The notes: generated by a model from the sequence alone, not told the origin. A stretch of DNA of 64,000 nt from Octopus vulgaris (GCA_951406725.2 OX597835.1:28582001-28646000); one strand, 5' to 3'. Counted from the first letter of the stretch, positions 12,742 to 27,774 are shown. Program-made: numbers and translations.

Positions 12742-14348
12742 CACTATCCATTTAACTAGCTTACAATTCTGATTCTTACCACGATATATAATGAAAAAGA
12801 AAAGTCGACTTTATTGGTACAAAGTAATATACTTTATTAGTAATGAAGTCCTACATTGAGGCGGTGTTGTATATAACACTATTGCATAACGTTAATAGTT
12901 TTGTGTTAAAAGTTTTGTGTTTAACAAAAATAATTGTACAACATTAAAAAACTTGTAATAGCCTTGCGTATAGCAGTATTGCATGACATTAACATCTTTA
13001 TATTAAAATAGTCTTGTATATAGAAACATTACACAGTATTAACAACTTTACATTAATTTAAAATTAACATCCTTGAAGTTAAACACCAAAGAAAATGTAG
13101 CAAAAAGCAGTGAATTATGATAAAGAATTTTTCAACCAAAAAAGTTGAAGTATTTTCCATACCCCATCCCCTCACCAGGCGAGGAGGGATGCAGTTTTAG
13201 TAATGTTACGAAGAGGATTTAAAGATGCATAGCTTAGTGATTATGTTATTAGGTTCGCAATAGTGAGTAAGGTGACGGTTTCGATTTCGATTTCTGAACC
13301 AGTCAGTGCATTGCCGTTGGGCAAATTTCTTAATCTCACGGGGGGAAGGGGGTTCGTCTCGCAGACTATTTCTCTCAAATCTTGCAAATGCAAAGGTTCA
13401 ACAGTGCTTCATGTCTAAAGTACACTGAATGACAATAATGGTGATGGTGGTGGTGGTGATGATGATGATGATGATAATGAAATCAAGGAAGATTTTGGAC
13501 TCAGGCAAATAAAGAGAAAAAAGTTATAAGCGATTTAGCCGTCTTTTATGTCATCAGTTCTAGTCTAATAGACATGTATGATAAGCAAAACCGCTTTTGT
13601 TTTTCTGTATGAATTGTGTATCTTGCAATACACTATCCAATGTTGCCGTATTTTTTCTCTTTTCCTTTTCAAGACAGTGCATCTGTACCGAACTGGATCT
13701 TGATGTACAACACTAGACTTGAGACAATGTCATTGTTAAGCTTCTGATCAAAGGTGTTCCAGTCATGACCATCACCTTCATTGGGTTCCTTCTTTACTTA
13801 AGGCGTTAAAAGATGTAATTTGAGGAAGATTTATCTGTTATTTATAACTGCAATTGTTGTGTTGGTAGTGGTAGCGTTGTGGTAGTGCTGAGTTGCATGT
13901 GTTAGTGCTGTTGTATTGGTGGCAGCTTTGTAGTGGCGGTGTTAGTAGTACTTCAATAATTATATTAATAATGTGGTGGTTGTGGTAATATAGTGTTGGT
14001 GGTAGTGCTGTACTACGATGTTGGTATCAGTGCTGTGGTGTTGGTAGTAGTACTTATGGTGTTGGCTGCAGTTCTGTGGTATCGGAGATAATGTTATTGA
14101 TGTTGGTATTAGTGGCAACTCACATGTATGTGTGTGAGAGTATGTGTGTATGTGTGTGAGTATATGTGTGTATGTATGTGTGAATATGTGTGTGAGTGTG
14201 CGTGCGTGCATGTGCGCGCGTGCGCGAGTGTATGATTAAGGCGTAGCTGTATGTATTTGTATATGTGATTATGAGTGAATTTGTGTATACATGTGTGATG
14301 AGTGAGTATGTGTGTATCAATGCGATTCACTGTTCATTTGTAGGTATT

Positions 14349-14391
<43 letters not shown>

Positions 14392-15540
14392 AATTAGGGG
14401 TTAATATCAATGTGTGTGTATGCATGTGATCGAGAGTGGATGAATATATACATGTATATTAATGAAAGCGAAATTTTGTCTGTCCATCTTGGACCCCTGC
14501 ATCTCAATCTATATTTGCCCTATAGAGACATATAATACCTTTTTGAAATCAGGATACTCCCAGGACTGAAACTTTGCCCTTCATTTGGTTCTTGACCAAC
14601 CAGCATTGGGATCTGATTTAAAAGCATTTGGGTTGCTATTTCTAGCAGGTAAATCTTGGCTCATTCACGCCATCTTCGTTGACGTTTGTCTGATGACGTC
14701 AGAGATGAAGGGGGAGATAAATGACATTCGCTTCGTTAATTTTACATCGAGATAAGGATTTTGGGAGAAATTAGCCAACAGTTGGAATTTAACTTGGGAC
14801 TGGAACAATAGAACGATTGCATTAAAGAATTAATTCTCATCTGTCCTTAACCTCTGATCAAACACCACCAGAGTATATAGTCATTACATACGTATATAGT
14901 GATGTTATTTAGCCCTGTTTGGTTTTGGGCTACAGGCCCAGTTAGCCCTCTGCAGGAGCTTGCTTTAAAAGTCCGCTCGGAGTGCGGTTTTTAAGCTAGT
15001 ATGTTATAAGTGGTGTGTGTGTGTGTGTGTGTGTGTAAATTAAAGGTGAATGTGTGCATGTGTGTGTAAGCGTGTGAGGTTAGAACGTGTGTGTGTGATG
15101 TATGACTAAGTGTTAGTGCGTGTATATGTGTAAGTGCATATGTGAGTGTGTGATTAGAGGTTATGTGAGTGTGCTAGGGTGTATGTGATAACAGGCAGGT
15201 ATGGATGGGTATGTATGTGTATGTGCGTGTGAGAGAGAAAGGAGTCAATGTGTGTATGTAGATGTGTGTATGTGTGTGTGTTGAAAGACTAATGTCTACA
15301 TATGTTAGATGTGTGTGTGTGTGTTTGTATATTTGATAAAGAGTTAGACTGAATGTGTGTATATATGCGTAACTGATTAGACGTGCTGTGTTTATATGAG
15401 TGTGCGAATGTGATTAAGTGTTAGAATCTGTGTGTGTGTATGTGTATGTGTGTTTGTATGTGTGTCTGAGTGATTAGGGGTGACTGTGATTGTGTTTGTG
15501 TGTGTAATTAAGGATTAGTGTTTATGTGTGTGTGAACGCG

Positions 15541-15589
<49 letters not shown>

Positions 15590-15700
15590 GTACATGTCTG
15601 TCAGTTACAGCGTATGTGTGTATCTATATGTGTATATGAATATATATATATGTATGTATATATGTATGTGTGTGTGTCTAAGTGCGTATATCTATATGTA

Positions 15701-15751
<51 letters not shown>

Positions 15752-15907
15752 ATGTGTGTGTAGCGTTCAGTGTCGAATTTCCGGGAAGTTTTGTTCAAAG
15801 TTGTGTCATTTACTCAGCTGTTACCATTTTTTTCAGTGAGGACGGCCACCAATCAATAAAGAAAACACATTCAACACATTCCGTAGTGGTCACCTGACAA
15901 CAATTGA

Positions 15908-16165
15908 CATACCTACCCCTTACCTATCCACCAACCACCCTACCTACCTACCTACCTACCTACCTAGCTAACTGCCTACCACCCAACCTATCTACCTACC
16001 TACCAACAGACCAATCTACCTTCATGACTACAGACCCGCCTACCCACTTCCAGCAACCTACCTACCTACCTACCTACCTACCTACCTACCTATCTACCTA
16101 CCTACCTAGGTACCTACCTACCTACCTACCTACCTACCTATCTACCTACCTACCTATCTACCTTA
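15908..16165. repeat. (CCTA)n tetranucleotide repeat
   Basis: Direct reading. Confidence 0.9.
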
Positions 16166-16879
16166 CGAATGATGACGACGACTTTGTCTACCACCACCAC
16201 CACCACCACCACCACCACCCACTCACTTCTCACTGAAAATTTGTATACCATTAACGCGTGTTCCTATATGTGTGTGTGTGTTCATTACATTATGTATGTA
16301 TATACACACACGCATGCGTACACAGATAGACACCCACAAACAGCACACACATACAATCGATTCCACAGCCGCGGGCATTGAAATTCTTTTATGCAATTAA
16401 CCGGCGGAGTATGCAATTAACGTTATTCCGTTTTAGCAGTGATCATGGCTACGTTACAAATGTTCGGCTTATAAAATAAACCAAGAAGTAAAACACCCTC
16501 CTTCGCCGTCTCTCTTTCCCCTCCTCTCTTTCTTCCTTAACAGTACATTATGTGTAAACATCTACATTGGCTAATATTCCACCCAGGTTAAGCTGATAGT
16601 TTTTCATTGATTGGTATCAGCATGACAGCAGATTGACTTGTACCCCTTTAGGGCTTGCTAGTTTTATTTCATATTCATTAATTTACCTGCCTAAGCATTT
16701 TATTTTTCTTACCTTTCTTTCTCTTTTTCTTTTTTTTTCCTCGAGCCCTATGTGACCCACAAAGCAGGTTACTCGGTTTCCATGACATTTAAGAAGTGAC
16801 TGAGATCGTAGCATTCATCACTGAACGGTACGCCGGTCCGTTGCTTGGTTCAAGGCAAGTAGTTTTGATAGGAGGGGGG

Positions 16880-17536
16880 CGGGGTGCAATTAGATTACAT
16901 CGACCCCCCAGCAACTTGTCCGATACGTTTATTTAACCGACTCTGAAGGGATGAAAGGCAAAGTTGACCTCGCTGGAATTTGAACTCAGAACGTGAAGGG
17001 CCGAAAGAAATTCCTCAAAGCATTTTTGCCGGCGTGCTAACACCTCTACCAGCTCCACTACCCACTTTTGCTGAAGCTTAACTCCAGGATCATGTGTCTC
17101 GAAGGAGCCATGGCAACCACACACTTTCAAAAATTACTCAATGATACATAATCTTTTCTACTCTAGGCACAAGGCCTGAAATTTTGGGGGTGGGAGTCAG
17201 TCGATTAAGTGGTGCTTAATTTATCGAACCCGAAACGATGAAAGGCAAAGTCGACCTCGGCGGAATTTGAACTCAGAACGTAGCGGCAGATGAAATACCT
17301 ATTTCTTTACTATCTACAAGGGGCTAAACACAGAGAGGACAAACACGGACAGACAGACAGACATATTAAGTCGATTATATCGTTCCCAGTGCGTAACTGG
17401 TACTTATTTAATCGACCCCGAAAGGATGAAAAGCAAAGTCGACCTCAGCGGAATTTGAACTCAGAACGTAACCGCAGACGAAATACCGCTAAGCATTTCG
17501 CCCAGCGTGCTAACGATTCTGCCAGCTCGCCGCCTT
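16880..17536 (-). mobile_element. SINE family B cluster (old monomer 16880-17060, dimer 17150-17536)
   Basis: GGATGAAAGGCAAAGTCGACCTCGGCGGAATTTGAACTCAGAAC-like motif three times. Confidence 0.85.
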
Positions 17537-17657
17537 TACTCAGTGATACATAATGCAAGCAAGGATAAACATTTAATTGTTTTAGTCAGTCACTGGACTG
17601 CGGCCATGCTGGAGCACTGCCTTAAAGGAGAGAGACAAATAAATCGATAACAATTGT

Positions 17658-17705
<48 letters not shown>

Positions 17706-17710
17706 TATTA

Positions 17711-17775
<65 letters not shown>

Positions 17776-17789
17776 CATACGCTTCTAGT

Positions 17790-18053
17790 TGGAAAAAAAG
17801 GAAAGAAAAAAAGGCACCTGTCCCAAAAGTCAGGTTACGATTTTTTTTGTTTTAATGGGGTTTTTTTTCCATGAGCACCCCTCGAACGTTTCCTCTCTTT
17901 TGAGGATCACAAATTTTTGAATTTTAAATTTTGCTAATTTTGTTTACATGCAAAACCCTCACAAATCACACACACACATACACATTCTTCGTTTTGTCCT
18001 GTGCTTTCCATAAGGTTTTTCCCAATGTAAACCCTTGTGGTTAATAAAGAAAT
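17790..18053 (+). mobile_element. 3' UTR of a Tx1/L1-like LINE, tail-to-tail with the next element
   Basis: Ends CCCTTGTGGTTAATAAAGAAAT; layout resembles the UTR of 18068-18558. Confidence 0.5.
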
Positions 18054-18067
18054 CGTAATGATAATTA

Positions 18068-18558
18068 ATTCTTTTATTGGCCACAAGGGCTGACAAAAAT
18101 TAATTATAACAAAAAGGGGACAAAACAGGACGGAAGGTTACAAAGTGTTTTGTCCGTTTGTGAAAAAATCGAGTAAAAAATCAGTTTAACAACGAAAAAA
18201 CTCCCAATAGGGGGAGGCGTTACGAAAGGTTTCTGGTGAAAAAACCCATAAAAGCCAACGGGAGCCTGGTCAAAAGCGGGGTAGAGAGCCCCTTTCTCCT
18301 TTTATATTACCTCTTTAAATCACAGGTGTAACCTCAGAATGGCTCCTTTCATACTGGCCATTCTTGCGACATTTATCCACCTTTCAGAAAACTTGCTATC
18401 GGACAGCACTTCCCTCTCTACTCTCATCTTCCTTTTCAAGTGAAACTCGAAAAAGTTGATGAGGCCTGGGCCAAAGAGGAAAGTGTCTGACCATAGCCCT
18501 TTCAAACGGGTCCACCATACAACCTCTTTCGCTACAGCCACCAGGCAAAGGAAAACTG
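18068..18558 (-). mobile_element. 5'-truncated Tx1/L1-like LINE (ORF2 C-terminus + 3' UTR)
   Basis: ORF VFLCLVAVAKEVVWWTRLKG...FFEFHLKRKMRVEREVLS...FSERW resembles Tx1-clade ORF2 ends (AK..W..R, F..RW); UTR ends CCCTTGTGGCCAATAAAAGAA. Confidence 0.65.
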
Positions 18559-18564
18559 ATTAAG

Positions 18565-18629
<65 letters not shown>

Positions 18630-18859
18630 TTATTTATTTATTTATTTCATTTCCAGTCACAAGAAGTCAGATTTGAAACTGGAACGTATAGAGCTGACAG
18701 CCGACTTTTAACACAACGACTGCCACCGATCTTTAGCTCTTACTATGTTACTACCACCACCACTGTCACCCCCCACCCCACCCCGTCAAAAAAAGACCAC
18801 CGTCACCGCCTCCACCACCACGACTACTAACACACTACAACCACCTTTATCAACTACTT

Positions 18860-18894
<35 letters not shown>

Positions 18895-18901
18895 GCTGCT
18901 G

Positions 18902-18932
<31 letters not shown>

Positions 18933-19145
18933 ACCTTCATCACCACCACCACCACATTACTGAAAATCTTGAAAACAAATAAAATATTTAGCGCCATAGT
19001 TATTTTGTTTACTTGTAGTTGCGACAGTAGAGGCTGCAGTTGTAGTCGTTATAACAGTAGGGAGTTTAGTTGGAGAAGTTGTAATCGTAGTGGTGATTGA
19101 ACTGGCTGTGGTGGTGGTGGTGGTAGTAGTGTAAAGCCGCGCTTC

Positions 19146-19436
19146 GGTCACCTAGAAAGAATGCACCTAGAAAGTTCTCCTCCGAGGCACAAGTCTGGGC
19201 AAGGTTGTTCTTATGGAAGACCAGCAGTCGCCCACGCATACCAGCCTCCACTCTCCACTGATGTTATTCCAAGGGACAAGCAAAGGGGCCGATACAGCTT
19301 GGCACCAGTGACATCACAACTCATTTCTACAGCTGAGTGAATTGGAGCAACGTGTAAAAATAAAGTGTGCTCCAGGAATGGAACTCATTTCCTCATGATT
19401 GTAAATCTAGCGCTCTAACCGCTGAGTCATGCACCT
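19146..19436 (-). mobile_element. SINE family D
   Basis: Reverse complement of 28369-28725. Confidence 0.8.
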
Positions 19437-19492
19437 TCATCCTCACCCACATGTACCTATGTATTCACACACACATATATACATATATATAT

Positions 19493-19752
19493 ATCACCGT
19501 GATCACCGTGACCGACCAGGCTATCAGATGTTGCTACACATTGCTGGTCACAATGCGCTTTGCATGGTTTTAGCCTTCAAATGACACCACCCCGCAGGCT
19601 AAGCGAGAAGGCCAACAGTAAAAAGAGTGAGAAAAAGTTGTGGAGCTTTCAGGTGTTTTCGCTCAATAAACACTCACAACGCCCGGTCTGAGAATCGAAA
19701 CCGCGATCCTACGACCGCGAGTCCGCTGCCCTAACCACTAGGCCATTGCGCC
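19493..19752 (-). mobile_element. SINE family E (C-type tRNA head, different tail)
   Basis: Head GGCGCAATGGCCTAGTGGTTAGGGCAGCGG shared with 37965; tail shared with 5527. Confidence 0.8.
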
Positions 19753-19756
19753 TATA

Positions 19757-19814
<58 letters not shown>

Positions 19815-19820
19815 ACACAA

Positions 19821-19926
<106 letters not shown>

Positions 19927-20756
19927 ACACAAATACATACATACATATATATATATAAGTTCAAATTTCAAGCGGAATGGATAAACTAATGCTTCGTGGT
20001 CTTTGCTGATCACCGTCGTAGAGCAAGAAGAAAATGGAAACAGAGTGGTGTTGTCACCTTGGATACAAGCCATTAAAAAAAAGAGGGCTTTTTTTAATTT
20101 ACAGCTGACAGCTGATCCTCTTCCTCGCCTCTCTCTCTCTCTCTCTTCCTTTATTCTCTTTCATGGGAATGAAGAGAATAGTGATTCGACGAAGCATTTC
20201 ACTGAGGCCCCAACCAACATGCTGGCTAGAAAACAATTAACAATAATAATAAATAAATAAATAAATAAATAAATAAAACTATGTAAAAGAGCCAAGATCG
20301 TTTCATGTCAACCACGTCAGCCAACGAAAGAATCCTCCCCTTTGTGGTCATTGCATGTTCCAGAGAACGATAAATGTCCATTGGAAAACAAAAATAGATA
20401 CACAAGATAATGTAGTCATAGATACAGAAAGTCTGAACAAGCTATAGGGATGGTCACCACTGCAAAAGAAAGACAATAAAATCAAAACAAGACATTCGAT
20501 CATAAGATCCATTCAGTCACAACAGGGTGTCGGTGGCATGGTTGTGGTGGTGGTGGTGGTTTTGGTGGTAAACAACAACAAAAACGATACCAACGCCATC
20601 ATAACAACACAATACTGAAACAACCGGATCAAAATATGTTACAACTTTACAGAAAAAAAAACTTGCCAGCCAGCCAACCGGCAAACAGACTCAAACGCTT
20701 TCTTTTCCTTTCGGCTATCCTCGAATCCAATACACACACACACATACATACATACA

Positions 20757-20879
<123 letters not shown>

Positions 20880-20891
20880 CACACATAGATA

Positions 20892-21056
20892 GGCGCAGGA
20901 GTGGCTGTTTGGTAAGTAGCTTGCTAACCAACCACATGGTTCCGGGTTCAGTCCCACTGCTTGGCACCTTGGGCAAGTGTCTTCTACTATAGCCTCGGGC
21001 CGACCAAAGCCTTGTGAGTGGATTTGGTAGACGGAAACTGAAAGAAACCCGTCGTA

Positions 21057-21103
<47 letters not shown>

Positions 21104-21324
21104 GTGTGTGTGCGTGTATGTTTATATTTGTCCCCCTAGCATTGCTTGACAACTGATGCTGGTGTTTTTATGTCCCCGTCACTTAGCGGTTCGGCAAAAT
21201 AGACCAATAGAATAAGTACTGGGCTTACAAAGAATAAGTCCCGGGGTCGAGTTGCTCGATTAAAGGCGGTGCTCCAGCATAGCCGCAGTCAAATGACTGA
21301 AACAAGTAAAAGAGTAAAAGAGTA
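20892..21324 (+). mobile_element. SINE family A, full length
   Basis: Near-consensus copy next to (TA)n. Confidence 0.92.
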
Positions 21325-21356
21325 ATATATATCATATATGATATTTACTACGTGAA

Positions 21357-21461
21357 CTACCATGAGAAAGATATGGTATGTAATTCTTGTTGTGCGGGGA
21401 TTCTTTGAGATATGTAATTTATTTTAAGGGCTACGCTGGGGTAAAAAGTTTGAGAGACACT
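21357..21461. mobile_element. hAT MITE right-end fragment
   Basis: AAAAAGTTTGAGAGACACTG resembles the Charlie-type TIR end at 39991. Confidence 0.45.
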
Positions 21462-21558
21462 GGTCTGAAGAGTTGGATGGACCAATGCTTTGTCAATGAA
21501 ACTGGTTGTCAACTTAGCGAAAGCCTGTCGTGCGGATGTGTGTGCGCGCGCCTGTTTT

Positions 21559-21610
<52 letters not shown>

Positions 21611-21967
21611 CATATATGATGTGTGTATACCCTCCCACACACACATATATTCATACATGCATATGAACTAAGACGTGTGGCGGGTAAGACGGGCGGGTAG
21701 ACTTTGTTGCTGTGAGCCGGGATGGAAACCGACCACCACAATTACAATGGAACATTTATTGGACGAAGACACTCAATATAAAATAGAGTGAAATTTGTAA
21801 AATTCCTTTTGGTTGGGCTTTTGGGTTTTCACCAGACGGCTTACTCATTGTATTTGGGAGCGTGTGTATGCATGTATATGCACATACATACATACATACA
21901 TACATACATACATACATGTATATATATATATATGTATGTATATATGTATATATATATATATATATGC

Positions 21968-22055
<88 letters not shown>

Positions 22056-22061
22056 TATATG

Positions 22062-22106
<45 letters not shown>

Positions 22107-22181
22107 TTAACGTATTCTGTGCGTATCTATCTTTTTCTATACATGCATCCACGCGCATATATATATATATGTATGTATATT

Positions 22182-22238
<57 letters not shown>

Positions 22239-22993
22239 TGAGGGAGACAAAGAGATATGATGAAGACGATGGTGATGATGATGATGATGAGGATGAGGGG
22301 TAATGTGTCTTCAAGCACGGCGTTTTCTTCCCGGTTATAGATTTTCGTACAAACGGACTCTACCCGAGGACATATTGAGTCTTTGAGTCAATGATTATCC
22401 GTAACTTCTTGAAATCTGGTGTTAGTACGTTTACGTCTTTGTAACCTTGTAGCAGGGAGTGTAAAAAAAGAAAATAATGCTTTAGTGATATTGTCTAATG
22501 GGATGGTCATAGTTGGACTAACTTGATGGTATGTCTATTCGAACATAGGCGAATTCAGACTAGGCAACAATGCCTGAGTCGAAGCCTCGATGAGGTCCTG
22601 CTAGAAATAGCATTCAAATCTCCCCCCAAAACACCTTGCTGTCTTAAAAAATGAAAGACACATTACATTATCAAATCTTAATGGCACCGTTGTGATACAC
22701 GGCAGGATGGTCATAACGGGAACGCTTTTCATGATGGTCTGCTTGGTCTTCCAGAGTAAGAGAGTTACGGAATATAGACGTACAATAAGAGTAAAGCCAG
22801 AAATCTGAAAAAGGTCTGAGTGGAATATATCGACCTAGTCTCAGCCAGGTACTTTAACTTGTCGACCCATGGATGGATGACAGACGAAGTTCAACTCAGT
22901 AGTACTCGGATGTAGAACGTAAAAGGCAGAAGCAAATATCCCAGAATACTTTCTCCGACGTTTTAACAATTCACCCAATCTGCTGTAATAATG

Positions 22994-23083
<90 letters not shown>

Positions 23084-23084
23084 G

Positions 23085-23314
23085 TTTCGAATTTTGCCGC
23101 AAGGGCAGCAGTTTTGTGGGAAGGGGATGAGTCGATTACATCGACTCCAGTATACAACTGGTACTTATTTTATCGACCCCCAAAGAGATGAAAGGCAAAG
23201 TCGACCACGATGGAATTTGAAACCAGATCGTAGCGACAGATGGAATAACAATAAGCATTTCGCCCAGCGTGCTAACGATTCTGCCAACTAGCTACCTTAC
23301 TAATTAGTAATAAC

Positions 23315-23365
<51 letters not shown>

Positions 23366-23512
23366 CCTTTTTACTGGAAGCACAAGGCCTCAGATTATGG
23401 GGAAGTGATTAAGTGCGAAACTGGTTCTTGCTTAATCGACCCCGAAAGGATGAAAAGCAACGTCGACTCCGGCAGAATTTGAACTCAGAACGTAAGGTCG
23501 GACGAAATGCCG
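23085..23512 (-). mobile_element. SINE family B copies (tail 2) among (AAT)n
   Basis: Two diverged B bodies. Confidence 0.8.
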
Positions 23513-23519
23513 CTACCTG

Positions 23520-23856
23520 CTGTCATAGGCACCCTAGGAATGATAGCAAAAGGGGCTGGTTCCTACCTAGCTCAGATACCAGGAAATCCCAAAATGGCAG
23601 AAATTAAATAAATAGTGCTCATAGGAACTGCCTATATCCTACGTAAAATACTGTCTATGTAATCCTAAATTTGAAAACAAACTTATAATTTTTTTACTTT
23701 CTTAAACACAGTCTAGAACAATACTTTGTGCAAAACCAAATATATGACACCCTAGTCATAGCACCAATTTGAACTTGTAACTTGTCTCTTGAGGTATCTG
23801 GGTGAGACTTGGAGCCAACTTGTACAAATGCAAAGCAAAAGTCAAACGTATACTGA
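23520..23856 (+). mobile_element. R4/Dong-like RLE non-LTR element 3' end
   Basis: Translation VIGTLGMIAKGAGSYLAQIPGNPKMAEIK*IVLIGTAYILRKILSM* fits the RLE C-terminus (IGALG...QK..L.GTA.ILRK.L); UTR followed by (AAT/AAC)n. Confidence 0.7.
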
Positions 23857-23888
23857 TAATAATAAACAACAACAACAACAACAATAAC

Positions 23889-23931
<43 letters not shown>

Positions 23932-24109
23932 TTGGAACAAGGAATGTAATTCTGAATGGAGGGAGCAAGTTGATATTTTGATTATATCAACCCCGGTGGA
24001 TGGGTGTGTAAAAAGAGGCAAAGTTGATCTTGGCAATATTTGAACTCGGGAACTAAAGAGCTGTAAAAATAACTGCGAAGCATTTTAACCGACGTTCTCA
24101 TCTTTCATC

Positions 24110-24345
24110 CAATCAGCGGACTTTAAACGTGATAACAACGTTGGGTTTTTGACCTTGAACTTGCCACTGACCTTGACCTTAGGAAATTGAATAACAAAAA
24201 TTTTGTACCTGCACCACACAAAGAACAGGTAGGAGGGACAAGGGCAATATATTCGCTGGACAATAAAATATTTTCCACTTTCATTTCCAACTATATGAAT
24301 TACTGACCTCATGGTACCAAATATAAGGAATCGATATGAACACAC
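24110..24345 (+). mobile_element. Possible Helentron-associated (HINE-like) fragment
   Basis: Repeated TGACCTTGA motifs and GGTACCAAATAT followed by (CA)n, as in molluscan HINEs (recollection). Confidence 0.3.
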
Positions 24346-24846
24346 ACACGCACACACAAACACACACACACACACACACACGTATGCACACAAAAAAACA
24401 CACTCACACATGCGTACACGCGCCCGAAGAGGCATACAAATAAGAAGGCAAGCAGGCAGCCAGGCACGCCAAGCCAAGCCAAAAAAACAAAAAACAAAAA
24501 GAAAAACCCGAAATGACTCACGCCTTCATTTCGATAGTTCAACACACACGTATATTGATTCCAGCTTAAAAACGGACAGTTAATATAACAGTGTTTAATA
24601 ATACAGATAGTATCGATCGGTGAGGAAAAAAAAAAAAAAAAAGAAAAAGAAAAAGAAAAAAAGGAGGAAAGGAAAGAAGAAAAAGAAATAAACAAATAAC
24701 AATGGTATTCCGAACAGATCAATGAGGTTAGCACAAACAAAACAGCAGGGCAACTAGAATAATAAAAAAAAAACAACAAAAAAAAAATAGGAAAAAAATA
24801 AAAGGATAATGTAAAAAAATAACGTACCTAAAAATAATACATACAT

Positions 24847-25480
<634 letters not shown>

Positions 25481-25483
<3 letters not shown>

Positions 25484-26790
25484 TCAACAACCCGTACCAC
25501 TATCGGTCTGTATAGATCTCCTCAGGCCATTTCTACAGCGCTTCTATGAATATCTCGACAAAGCCAAGTTCTTTATTCAGAACACAATTTTAGAAACATA
25601 TTAACGCTGACCAACTTAAACTTTTTCCCATGGAGACTAGCCTGGAAATACTTCGGATCCAGAGAGTGGGACTCCGACACCGAACAACGCAGCAGCGGAG
25701 TCGCTATTGGATGCTTGTTTTCCCATCTCAACTCATGCCTGAGATAACGAAACGTGACAACGGTCGCTTAGATCTTCTAATCATCTCCTCTAACACCACT
25801 TGAAGTATCTCAGGTGATACTGACTACAAGATGGTACTCTGTAATCTTTAGTTCCAACATACCAAAACCGAAGCAACTCCCACTCGTCCTTGCATATCCT
25901 TTTGACGGTATGAATCTGTTGAAAACAGTTTGGGGAGAAAGTAGGCAAGAATCTATCGCTTATAGGTGATAGTGAAGCAGCGTTGCAGGTGTTTATGAAC
26001 CCGTTAACAACATATACTCTTTTACTCTTTTACTTTGTTTCAGTCATTTGACTGTGGCCATGCTGGAGCACCGCCTTTAGTCGAGCAAATCGACCCCAGG
26101 ACTTATTCTTTGTAAGCCTAGTACTTATTCTATCGGTCTCTTTTGCCGAACCGCTAAGTTACGGTGACCTAAACACACCGGCATCGGTTGTCAAGTGATG
26201 TTGGGGGGACAAACACAGACACACAAACATATACACACACACATATATATATACATATATACGACGGGCTTCTTTCAGTTTCCGTCTACCAAATCCACTC
26301 ACAAGACTTTGGTCGGCCCGAGGCCATAGTAGAAGACACTTGCCCAAGGTGCCACGCAGTGGGACTGAACCCGGAACCATGCGGTTGGTAAACAAGCTAC
26401 TTACCACACAGCCACTCCTACGCCTATGTTCAAGGACATACGATGTTCGCAAACAAATTTGGAACCATTGTTTCCTCCACTTGTCCACTGATGAAGGTTA
26501 ACGGACCCGTCTACAATAATGCCAAAAGGATGGGAGAGGCTCTGCAGAAACGATGCAACCCAGGCAGTATCAACGAAGCTAGCTTCATCCCACCCCCACC
26601 ACCTCCAACGTATCATCTCAGGCATAAATTAGGGCACGCCAGATATCATCGCAGCAATTACTGAAATTGAACGAAATTGAACATTATTCCGCAACAGGTC
26701 CTGGTAGATCCTCTCGCAGAACTCTAAGGGAATGTTGGCACCGAACTGCATCTTCCTTAGCTAATCACTGGCGAAAATATATAGACACAA
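25481..26790 (+). pseudogene. Degenerate LINE ORF2 N-terminus (APE endonuclease, CR1/L2/Jockey group), interrupted by SINE A
   Basis: Ordered motifs [36 protein letters not shown] approximate YRPP, GDFNA, PTR..LDL, SDH; many stops. Confidence 0.5.
26015..26424 (-). mobile_element. SINE family A, full length
   Basis: Near-consensus copy. Confidence 0.92.
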
Positions 26791-27063
26791 GCGATATAGT
26801 GAAACATCTCAGTAGTGGTGATCATGGTGGCGGTGGTGGTAGTGTTCAGAGTTTACATTAAACATTAGCTTCATGAAGAAGACACTGTTACCGACTGTTG
26901 TATGTGTGTGTGTCTTTTGTCCCCAATCGAATGACAACCGGTGTCCGTTTGTTTACGTTCCAGTAAGTAAGCGATTCGCTGAAAAAGGACCGTCAGAATA
27001 ATTACCTGACTTTAACACAAAATAAAAGAAGGAAAGCAATGCCAAAAAGGACTAAGTTCGGCT

Positions 27064-27774
27064 AGATAGGTTCTCAAAGTGAGCTTTATCGCCCCTCCGG
27101 TGGGCACTGAGAGGGTCCAGATGGACGCTGGTGTTTAAAGGGGCAGAGGGGGTGGGGCGGTAGAAGAAGCGGAGGCAGTGGGAGGAAGGCAGTGGATTGG
27201 GGGACGTTATCAATTTCTAATATTATTATAGTATTGTATACAAATTATATTAAATAGCAAATGCTTCACAGTATATATAAATTATTAGAATATAAAATAT
27301 TTATTTATACATAAAAATAGGGGTGGGGAAACTGAGGGTATTTTGTGACTATGAGGGCTTGTGGGGTGGGGACGAGCTGGCAGAAACGTTAGCACGCCGG
27401 GCGAAATGCTTAGCAGTATTTCGCCTGCCGCTACGTTCTGAGTTCAAATTCCGCCGAGGTCGACTTTGCCTTTTAGGGTCGATATAATCGACTTAATCCG
27501 TTTGTCTGTCCTCTCTGTGTTTAGCCCCTTGTGGGTAATAAAGAAATAGGTATTTTGTCTGCCGCTACGTTCTGAGTTCAAATTCCGCCGAGGTCGACTT
27601 TGCCTTTCATCCTTTTAGGGTCGATAAATTAAGTACCAGTTACGCACTGGGGTCGATATAATCGACTTAATCTGTTTGTCTGTCCTTGTTTGTCCCCTCT
27701 ATGTTTAGCCCCCTGTGGGCAATAAAGACATTAATGAGGCGGGGGGGGGGGAGCAAAAAGTTTGAGAACCTCTG
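27064..27774. mobile_element. hAT-type MITE containing a nested SINE B dimer
   Basis: Imperfect TIRs AGGTTCTCAAA ... TTTGAGAACCTCTG. Confidence 0.55.
27372..27730 (+). mobile_element. SINE family B dimer (both units tail 1)
   Basis: Junction AAAGAAATA|GGTATTTTG. Confidence 0.88.

Noticed and set aside
15000-15530. Telomere-like TTAG(G) motifs in a GT-rich tract
   Set aside because: Isolated and irregular; no tandem TTAGGG array
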